Of a stretch of DNA of 64,000 nucleotides, positions 30,523 through 38,027 are shown piece by piece. The translations under genes were made by a program, and so were the position numbers. Each line of letters begins with the position of its first letter. The first letter of the stretch is position 1. The notes under the pieces were generated by a model. That model was not told the origin of the DNA, made no database searches, and saw only the letters and a program-made list of their open reading frames with translations. The DNA comes from Gemmatimonadota bacterium (GTDB lineage Bacteria; Gemmatimonadota; Gemmatimonadetes; Gemmatimonadales; Gemmatimonadaceae), in assembly GCA_031372565.1 (NCBI GenBank), contig JANMLN010000057.1, positions 1 through 64,000 on the forward strand, given 5' to 3'.

Positions 30523-31607
30523 GTGCCGTGATGGTTCGTCGTCTCTCCACGAGGGCGCTCGCCGCGAGCGCCCTCCTCCTCACCGCCTGCGATCCGATCA
30601 CGCCGACCAACAATCGGAATCGGGACTTCGTGCAGACCGGTGAGCGCGGCACTTCGATGGCGCAGATCTACAACCGCGACGCCAACGCCGCGAAGTTCAA
30701 GGCGGTCAGCATTCCGACCACGCTCCCCCCGGCGGGCTTGAGCCCGCCGGGGCCGCTGCCGTGGAAGAACGTGCAGGTGCTCAACGACATCAGCGTGGCC
30801 GAGTTCAACCGGACGATGATCGCCTTCAGCACGTGGGTCGCGGGCACCGGCAACTGTGCCTACTGCCACAACGTGGCGAACTTCGCCTCCGACACGCTCA
30901 ACAACGGCAAGCCGATCTACACCAAGCTCACGGCGCGCCGCATGATCCAGATGACCCGCCACATCAACGGCAACTATGCCAGCCATGTGGCCAACACCGG
31001 GGTCACCTGCTACACCTGTCACCTGGGCAAGCCGCAGCCGAACGGCCTCTGGTTCTACAGCAACGAGAGCCAGTACCTGCGGAACTACCTCGACTACACG
31101 GGTGCGCGCGTGGTCTCGCACACGGTCGCGCCATCGCCGGCCAACCGCTCGTCGGTCAAGCAGACCGAGAACACCTACGCCCAGATGATCTCGATGTCGA
31201 CGGCGCTGGGCGTCAATTGCACCTACTGCCACAACTCGCGGCAGTTCGCGAGTTGGGAGCAGTCGCCGCCGGCGCGCGTCAAGGCGTACCGCGGCATCCA
31301 GATGATCCGCGACGTGAACTCCAACTACGTCGCGCCGCTGGCGAGCATTCTGCCGGCCATCCGCCTGGGTCCCATGGGTGATGGCCCCAAAGCCCAGTGC
31401 AGCACGTGCCATAACGGGGTCTACAAGCCGCTCTACGGCGCACAGATGGCCAAGGATTATCCGGCTGTCTGGGGTCGTACCGAGTGGAATGGCATCGCGT
31501 TCCCCGGGTTGCATCCGGGCACGGACACCACGAAGGCCAAGGTGGCATCGGCGGCTGCCCCTGCCACACCGATCGCGGCCGCTGGCGCGGGATCGACGGG
31601 GCACTAG
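30519..31607 (+). CDS. pufC: Reaction-centre-bound tetraheme cytochrome c (lipoprotein)
   Basis: ATGA overlap with pufM; lipobox LLTAC; four heme motifs CAYCH, CYTCH, CTYCH, CSTCH; KNVQVL. Confidence 0.97.
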   Translation: MSAVMVRRLSTRALAASALLLTACDPITPTNNRNRDFVQTGERGTSMAQIYNRDANAAKFKAVSIPTTLPPAGLSPPGPLPWKNVQVLNDISVAEFNRTMIAFSTWVAGTGNCAYCHNVANFASDTLNNGKPIYTKLTARRMIQMTRHINGNYASHVANTGVTCYTCHLGKPQPNGLWFYSNESQYLRNYLDYTGARVVSHTVAPSPANRSSVKQTENTYAQMISMSTALGVNCTYCHNSRQFASWEQSPPARVKAYRGIQMIRDVNSNYVAPLASILPAIRLGPMGDGPKAQCSTCHNGVYKPLYGAQMAKDYPAVWGRTEWNGIAFPGLHPGTDTTKAKVASAAAPATPIAAAGAGSTGH

Positions 31608-31638
31608 GCACCGGTTGGTTCTCCGCCGCCGTACCGGT

Positions 31639-31676
31639 CAGGCCCCGCGCACCACGCGCGGGGCCTGCTCGTTTTC
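31639..31676 (+). terminator. Intrinsic terminator of the puf operon
   Basis: Perfect 12-bp stem CAGGCCCCGCGC-accac-GCGCGGGGCCTG followed by CTCGTTTTC. Confidence 0.8.
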
Positions 31677-31770
31677 GGGCACTTCGCATTCGTCTCGGGT
31701 GTTGGACTCCGGCTAGATTGTTCCGCCCAAGCCATCCTGCTCCCGCGCCCGACCGTCCGAGGATCTCTTC

Positions 31771-32415
31771 GTGAGCACCCGCCGACTTCCCGTCTACATT
31801 CTGGCCGACGTTTCCGGCTCCATGCAGGGCACTCCCATCGAGTCCGTCAAGGCCGGCATCCGCCAGCTGCATCGCGACCTGATGAGCGACCCGCAGGCGA
31901 TCGAGAGTGCCTATCTCTCCATCATCACCTTCGCCGACAGCGCGCAGCAGATCGTGCCGCTCACCGAGGTCGCCCAGTTCCAGCCGCCCGAGGCGATGTC
32001 CGCGTCGGGCTCCACGAACTTTGGCGACGGACTGCGGCTCCTCCTCGAGTGCTTCGACGCCGAACTCGTGCGCACCACGGCCGAACAGAAGGGCGACTGG
32101 AAGCCGCTCGTGTTCATCCTGTCCGATGGCGCTCCCACCGACAGCGCCTGGAGCGAGTACGCGAGCGCCCTCACCGCCAAGCGCCCCGCCAACATCATCG
32201 CGCTCGCCTGCGGCGATCAGGCCGACACGAGTGTGCTCAAGCGCGTGACCGAGACGGTCATCGAGATGCGCGACATGACCCCCGACGCCTTCAAGTCGTT
32301 CTTCAAGTTCGTGTCGGCCAGCGTCAGGCAGACCAGCGCCAAGGTGGGCGCACCCGGAGCCGGGGGCGCGATCACGCTGCCACCGCCGCCGCCGGGCATC
32401 ACGATCGTCCCGTAG
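31771..32415 (+). CDS. terY: TerY-type vWA domain protein
   Basis: RRLPVYIL.DVSGSM.G.PIE (MIDAS DxSxS), DP.A.E, GSTNFG, KGDWKPLVFILSDG.PTD, C-terminal LPPPPP. Confidence 0.9.
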   Translation: MSTRRLPVYILADVSGSMQGTPIESVKAGIRQLHRDLMSDPQAIESAYLSIITFADSAQQIVPLTEVAQFQPPEAMSASGSTNFGDGLRLLLECFDAELVRTTAEQKGDWKPLVFILSDGAPTDSAWSEYASALTAKRPANIIALACGDQADTSVLKRVTETVIEMRDMTPDAFKSFFKFVSASVRQTSAKVGAPGAGGAITLPPPPPGITIVP

Positions 32416-32421
32416 TCGGCG

Positions 32422-33429
32422 GTGGCCGAGACCGAGACGCGCGTGATCATTCCGACGGCCGCGGCGCCCGCAGCGGAGCCGCCGGTCGTCGCCGCCACCT
32501 GGCAGGAGCGCGAGCCACCGGACCCATGGTGCCCCGCGGAACTCACCGCGCACCTCCCGTGGGCGGATGAGGTCGTGCGCGCGCACGCGCACACCTGGTC
32601 CGCGCGCGGCCGCGCTGGGTGGACGCTCGTCGCCGGCACCCGTCGCGGCCGCTCGCACGCGCATCAGGCGCAGTGGCGGGAAGACGCGGCTGGCTTCGCG
32701 TCCCTTCCCGCCGCTGACGGGAGCGCCCTGCACCTGCTCGTGGCCGCCGATGGCGCCGGATCGGCCCGCTGGAGCCGGATCGGCTCGGAGGCGGCGTGCC
32801 GGGCCGTCGTGGACTTCGCGGCCCTCCACGGGCCCAATGCGGCCGATGGCGGGGCCCTCGTCACGGGCGCTGCCGCCTTCGCCGTCGACGAACTCCGCCG
32901 CCTCGCCGCCGTCGGCGGCGCGCTCCCACGCGACCTCCGCACAACCCTCCTCGTCGCCGCCCTCTGGGGGCACCCGGGACACGAGCAGCTGGCCTGCACG
33001 CAGGTCGGCGATGGCGCCATTCTCGTGCGCACGAGCGATGGCAACGTCACGCAGCTCGGTGTCGGCGACAGCGGCGAGTTCTCGGGAGAGGTCACCTGCT
33101 TCGTGCCCGATCCGGAGGCCACCGCCCGCGCCGCGAGTGCACTGGTGCGGCGCGACGCGCGCGAGGTGACGCACTGCCTGCTGCTCACCGACGGCATCGA
33201 GGATCCGTTCTACCCGCTGGCACGCCGCGGTGCCGGGCTGCTGGCCCAACTCATGGACGGCGTGCGCGAGCCCGCTGAGCACTTTCAGCGGCAAGCGGTC
33301 CACGGCCCCGTCTTGGGCGACCCGGCGATGCATGAGCGACTGGCCGAGTGGCTCACCTTCGAGCGGCGTGGCGAGAACGACGATCGCACACTCGTGGCCG
33401 CCGTGCGGGCGGCAGCGGTGGAGCGCTGA
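32422..33429 (+). CDS. PP2C-family protein phosphatase (TerY-P type)
   Basis: RRGRSH...REDA, ADGAGSA, TTLL, VGDG, LLTDGI.D, DDRTL. Confidence 0.88.
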   Translation: MAETETRVIIPTAAAPAAEPPVVAATWQEREPPDPWCPAELTAHLPWADEVVRAHAHTWSARGRAGWTLVAGTRRGRSHAHQAQWREDAAGFASLPAADGSALHLLVAADGAGSARWSRIGSEAACRAVVDFAALHGPNAADGGALVTGAAAFAVDELRRLAAVGGALPRDLRTTLLVAALWGHPGHEQLACTQVGDGAILVRTSDGNVTQLGVGDSGEFSGEVTCFVPDPEATARAASALVRRDAREVTHCLLLTDGIEDPFYPLARRGAGLLAQLMDGVREPAEHFQRQAVHGPVLGDPAMHERLAEWLTFERRGENDDRTLVAAVRAAAVER

Positions 33430-33430
33430 C

Positions 33431-34867
33431 GTGAGCTTCCTCTCGGCACGCCTCACGGACGGTCGCACGATCGAGTTCGAGGATCGGGCCCTCAACTCGG
33501 GCGGCGAGAAAGTCGTGTTCCGCACACGCGACCGGCAGCACGTGGTCGGGTTCTTCCATGGCCGCCTGAGCGACCGCCGTGAACGCGCCGACCGGTTGCA
33601 GCGCATCATCACGCGCTACAATCCGACCACAGGCAAGCACGGTGCCTTCTGGCATCCGTACTTCTGCTGGCCTACCGGCGTTGTCGATGGCGACGGGGGG
33701 ATTCCGCCGCGCTTCGCCCAGCAGAACGGACTCGTCCTTCCCGCATTGGGCGTGGTCGCGCCGATCTACCGCAAGGAGTTCTTCTTCCGCGACCGGTTCG
33801 GCACGCTGCAGGAGAAGGAGGTGAAGTGGTTCACCGGGCGCAAGGCGGCGACGTTCGTCCCGGAGCACGAGTTCGGATCGTTTCTCACGCGCCTGCAGGT
33901 GTGCACGCGCCTCACGCGCGCCGTGCGCCGCATGCACTTCGCCGGACTCGCGCATTCCGACCTGTCGAACAAGAACGTGCTCATCGATCCCAAGGGAGGC
34001 GATGCGTGCGTGATCGACATCGACTCGCTCGTGGTGCCGGGCATCGCGCCGCCGTCGGTGCTGGGCACGCCGGGATACATCGCCCCGGAAGTGATGGCCG
34101 GTCGGGCCCGGCCGAGCATCGACACCGACAAGCACGCGCTCGCGGTGCTGCTCTACCAGATCCTGCTCAACCGGCATCCGCTGCAGGGTCGCAAGGTCCA
34201 CAGCCGCCGCTCCGCGGAGGAGGACGAGACGTTGTCGATGGGCGACAAGGCGCTCTTTGTCGAGCATCCACTGGATCACAGCAACCCGCCCGTGCACCCG
34301 ATCCGCGTGCCGATGGGACGGCTCGGACCCTATCTCGCGCCGCTGTTCGAGCAGACGTTCGTGCGCGGGCTGCACCATCCGGCGCGTCGCGCGGACGCCG
34401 CCGAGTGGGAAGTGGCGCTGTATCGCACGCTCAACCTCGTCCACCCGACGCCGAGCGGGCGCGAGTGGTTGGTCGTCGCACCGGGACTGCCGATGCAGTG
34501 CCCCTTCACGGGCGAGCGGCTGAAGCATCCGGTGCCGATCGCGCACTTCCTGCGCGACGCGCATGGCGCCGTCGCGGACGAACACCAGGCGTTGGTGCTC
34601 TTCCACCACCTGCGCCTGCAGGCGTGGCACCTGCGGCCCAACGTGCTGCCGGATGAGTCCGCCGACCGTACCGCGCTGGGCTACGTGTCGCATCATGACG
34701 GGGCGTGGTGGATGGTCAACCTCGGCGACGACGTCTGGCGGCCGTCACGGGGCGTGGCGGTCCATCGCAATGAAGCGCTGGAACTAACCCCGGGCCTCGA
34801 CGTGCGCGTGGGTGAGGGCGATCCGGCGCGCATCTTCCGCATCGAGTTCCGCAGTCCCACGGCCTGA
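33431..34867 (+). CDS. Ser/Thr protein kinase (TerY-P type) with probable degenerate FHA-like C-terminal domain
   Basis: GTG 1 nt after the PP2C stop; SGGEK, FCWP, HSDLSNKNVL, IDIDSL, GTPGYIAPE, D.HALAVL, HPL.G. Confidence 0.88.
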   Translation: MSFLSARLTDGRTIEFEDRALNSGGEKVVFRTRDRQHVVGFFHGRLSDRRERADRLQRIITRYNPTTGKHGAFWHPYFCWPTGVVDGDGGIPPRFAQQNGLVLPALGVVAPIYRKEFFFRDRFGTLQEKEVKWFTGRKAATFVPEHEFGSFLTRLQVCTRLTRAVRRMHFAGLAHSDLSNKNVLIDPKGGDACVIDIDSLVVPGIAPPSVLGTPGYIAPEVMAGRARPSIDTDKHALAVLLYQILLNRHPLQGRKVHSRRSAEEDETLSMGDKALFVEHPLDHSNPPVHPIRVPMGRLGPYLAPLFEQTFVRGLHHPARRADAAEWEVALYRTLNLVHPTPSGREWLVVAPGLPMQCPFTGERLKHPVPIAHFLRDAHGAVADEHQALVLFHHLRLQAWHLRPNVLPDESADRTALGYVSHHDGAWWMVNLGDDVWRPSRGVAVHRNEALELTPGLDVRVGEGDPARIFRIEFRSPTA

Positions 34868-34870
34868 GCG

Positions 34871-36334
34871 ATGGACGTTCGCGCGCTGGTGCGGCAGGCG
34901 CTCGTTGCCCGTGTGGCCGACACGACGTGGTGGCCACCCGCGGATGCCACGCGGTTCCACAACCGGTTGCTGGATGATTGCGGTGACGTGGCGCGCCCCG
35001 ACGTCGCGCTGCTCATGCAACTGCACGCACGCGACGTGGGCGGACGGCTGCCGCAAGCGGTGCTGTCGCACGCGGCGTGGCACCGCGAGCGCGCGATGCT
35101 CACGATGGTGTTCGCGCATGAACTCTCGGCCGAGGGCGGCGTGCACGAGCACGATCTGCTCTGGGCCGTGGAGAGCTGGGCACTCGCGCTGTCGGTGATC
35201 GACGCTGCCCTGCTCATCCCGCCACCACCGGTGCGCGCACCCAGGCGGACGGCGACATCGGGACCGCAGGCATCGGCCGGCCGCACCTCGCGTGCGGGAA
35301 CGGGCCCGAGCGGGACCGGCGCCTCCCCCTCGGTGCCCACCTCCTCCCCCTCGGTGCCCACCTCGACGAAGCGCGGTCGAGGGTGGCCGCACGGCCCCAT
35401 CGCGCGTGCTGCCCCCACCCCGAATCACTGGACGTACCGGTGGCCGCTCGACGCCATCACGTTCGGCATGATGGCCTTTCTGGGCGTCGGCGTCGCGGTG
35501 GCCGAATGGGCGATGGCGCGTGATGCCCGGCTCGCGCGCGAGCGGACGCAGCGGGCCGCGGTCACGGCGGCCTCGTCCGACGTTCGCAGCGCGAACCAGG
35601 CCACCACGCTCGTCGCATCGGCAGCAGGCAGCGTGATGGCGACGGCGACGCCCGAGCCGGAGGACGCCGTGCGCGCCCCGCAACTGCGCGTGCTGCCGAA
35701 CACCGGGCCTGTCGTGGCTGTGGCGGGGGATCGCGCGCCAAGCGCCGTGGACACCGTGCAGCTGCGCGACGGGCGTCTCCTTGTGGGCACGATCGGCGTG
35801 ATCACCGAATCGCACCTGTACCTGACCGACGCCGCGACCGGACTCCCCTTCGAGTTGCGCGTGGGCGCCGTGACGCGCGTGCGCACACACGCCGGTCGGC
35901 AGCTGCGCTTCGACGCCGCGGGTGACGACAGCGCACGGAGCCCCTCGCTGATCGTGCGCGGCGTGGGGGGACGCTATGTCGTGCGCCGACGCGTCCTCGC
36001 GGCCAGCGGCGACGCGAGTTGCGAGGGTACGGGGCGCGCCATCGATCCGGTCGAGCAGACCGACGAGGAGATCACGCATGCGCCCGGGAGCGCCACCTTC
36101 ACGATGCCATCGCGGCCCGGCGTGCACGGCACCATCGCACCCGACGGACGGTTCGAGACGGTTCTCCTGAGCGGCATCCGTGCCATGGGCGACTACAGCT
36201 GGCGCATGGTCGGCCACTTCACGCCGACCGGCTTCATCGCCGAGGCCGACGCCAGCACCGTCGTGGTCACACGCTGGCGCGACAGCCAGCGCTGCCGCTT
36301 CCTGACCGAGCTCACCGGAGTCCGCCGACCATGA
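34871..36334 (+). CDS. Uncharacterised single-pass membrane protein, paralogue 1 (helical N-domain, S/T/P linker, TM, two beta domains)
   Basis: 3 nt after the kinase stop; WAVESWALAL motif; TM AITFGMMAFLGVGVAVA; colinear similarity with the next gene. Confidence 0.8.
   Translation: MDVRALVRQALVARVADTTWWPPADATRFHNRLLDDCGDVARPDVALLMQLHARDVGGRLPQAVLSHAAWHRERAMLTMVFAHELSAEGGVHEHDLLWAVESWALALSVIDAALLIPPPPVRAPRRTATSGPQASAGRTSRAGTGPSGTGASPSVPTSSPSVPTSTKRGRGWPHGPIARAAPTPNHWTYRWPLDAITFGMMAFLGVGVAVAEWAMARDARLARERTQRAAVTAASSDVRSANQATTLVASAAGSVMATATPEPEDAVRAPQLRVLPNTGPVVAVAGDRAPSAVDTVQLRDGRLLVGTIGVITESHLYLTDAATGLPFELRVGAVTRVRTHAGRQLRFDAAGDDSARSPSLIVRGVGGRYVVRRRVLAASGDASCEGTGRAIDPVEQTDEEITHAPGSATFTMPSRPGVHGTIAPDGRFETVLLSGIRAMGDYSWRMVGHFTPTGFIAEADASTVVVTRWRDSQRCRFLTELTGVRRP
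35322..35363 (+). repeat. Perfect in-frame 21-bp tandem duplication encoding (SPSVPTS)x2
   Basis: CCTCCCCCTCGGTGCCCACCT occurs twice. Confidence 0.85.
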
Positions 36335-37962
36335 CGGACGAACGTCGCGTCGTGCAGGGCGGGCTGCGCCGCCTGATCAACCGGGAACCACGCTGGGCCG
36401 AATGGTCGGTCGATACGCTGCGCGGCCGCTTCCTCGACGAGGTGGGCAGCGACTACAAGCCGCTCGTGCTGCTGTTGCTGCGCGTCCACGACATGGGCAT
36501 TCCGCAGCGGTTGCCGCCCGCGATCATCGACGCGGCGCACTGGGATCGCACGCGTGGAACGCTCGGCCAGCGGCTCGCCGCGGAGCTGTTCCTGCAGCCC
36601 CAGATGGCGGAGTGGGCGGTCGAATCGTGGGCCTGGGCGCTGCACGTGATCGACGAGGAGTTTCTGCTCGATCCGCCGCAGGCACGGCCCGCGGCGGCCG
36701 TCGCGGCTGGACGCCCGGTCGCCGGCCGGTCGCCCAGCAGTGCGCCCCGTTCGACCAGCGCTGGTCGCTCGAGCTCCGCCGCGGGCCGCGCCCAAGCCCG
36801 CGCACCGATGCGCACCACGGCGTCGGTGCCAGCGACCTCGGCCGGCGGGGTGATGCGCTCGAGCAGTGCCGGCGGATCCGGTATCCCCGAGTGGGCGATC
36901 AAGGCGGCCTACATCTTCATCCCGGCGGTGTACGGCGGCTTCCTGCTCTTCATGGGCATCCAGATGGCGCGCAGGAAATCGTTCGATGCGACGCCTGCGA
37001 GATCGGCCGCGTTGGTCAGCGCGACCGCAGAGACGACGCCGAGCGGGGCTCCGCCCGTATCGAGCGCCGACCTCTCACCCCTGCGCGCCGCGACCGCGAG
37101 CCCCGTTGCGGACCCCTCTCGTCCGGCGCTCGACCCGGTCGTGCAGCCGTACGCCAACACCACCCCCACCGGCGCACCGACCTCCACCAATCAGGCGCTC
37201 GCTGCCGACCCGTTGCCCGGCGTCACGCGCAGTGCCCTGCCGATGACTGCGAACGACTCTGCCAAGGCCATGGCAGCCACGCCACCACGACGCGCGAGCT
37301 TTGCCACCGAGCAGGCGCCCCGCAATCCGACGTCGGCGGCCGGTGGACTCGACCAGGTGATCACGACCGATGGGCGGACCATGACCGGACGGGTGGAAGT
37401 GATTCGTGCGGGCTCGATCGTGTTCAAGGACCAGAGCAGCGGACTGCGCTACGAGTTGCCCAAGACATCCGTGGTGCAGGTGCTGACCGAGTTCGGCACG
37501 GTCGTGAAATTCGACGGCGGCGAGCGCGTTGCCGTGAGCCCGGTCGTGAAGCGGGGGGTGGCCGGCCGCTACCGGGTGCACTACGTGATCAACGAAGTCA
37601 CGGGTACCCCCGAGTGCGCGTCGCTGTGGAAGAATGCCGCGCCGCCTGATGCCGACACGGAGGTGCGACACCTTCCCGGCGCCGACACGCTCCAATTGGC
37701 ATTCGTGCGCGGCGGCACGTTCAACGCCGTGATGGATCGGGAGGCGCGCTTCACGTCGACGTTCGTCATCGTGCCGGATCAGGCGCTCACGGCCTCGGCG
37801 GTGACGTCGCGCATTCGCGGCACGTTCACCGCGACGGGGTTCTCGGGGCAGGTCACGCTCATCGGTTTTCGCCGCGCGCGGCCGGGGTCGGGACTGACCG
37901 ACACGGCGTGCCAAAGCGTGCTGGACGTGACGGGCACCCGCCTGCCGCCAGCGCCGCGATAG
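36331..37962 (+). CDS. Uncharacterised single-pass membrane protein, paralogue 2
   Basis: ATGA overlap; WAVESWAWAL; TM AAYIFIPAVYGGFLLFMGI; same C-terminal domains as paralogue 1. Confidence 0.82.
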   Translation: MTDERRVVQGGLRRLINREPRWAEWSVDTLRGRFLDEVGSDYKPLVLLLLRVHDMGIPQRLPPAIIDAAHWDRTRGTLGQRLAAELFLQPQMAEWAVESWAWALHVIDEEFLLDPPQARPAAAVAAGRPVAGRSPSSAPRSTSAGRSSSAAGRAQARAPMRTTASVPATSAGGVMRSSSAGGSGIPEWAIKAAYIFIPAVYGGFLLFMGIQMARRKSFDATPARSAALVSATAETTPSGAPPVSSADLSPLRAATASPVADPSRPALDPVVQPYANTTPTGAPTSTNQALAADPLPGVTRSALPMTANDSAKAMAATPPRRASFATEQAPRNPTSAAGGLDQVITTDGRTMTGRVEVIRAGSIVFKDQSSGLRYELPKTSVVQVLTEFGTVVKFDGGERVAVSPVVKRGVAGRYRVHYVINEVTGTPECASLWKNAAPPDADTEVRHLPGADTLQLAFVRGGTFNAVMDREARFTSTFVIVPDQALTASAVTSRIRGTFTATGFSGQVTLIGFRRARPGSGLTDTACQSVLDVTGTRLPPAPR

Positions 37963-38027
37963 GGGCGGCTGGTGACCCCCGCCTGGTGCGGGGATGTGGG
38001 CGCCGCACGGAAGCGGTAACTTCCGCC

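Noticed and set aside
31608..38027. TerY locus as a mobile island
   Set aside because: No integrase, transposase, tRNA or flanking direct repeats seen, and composition looks similar to the neighbours.
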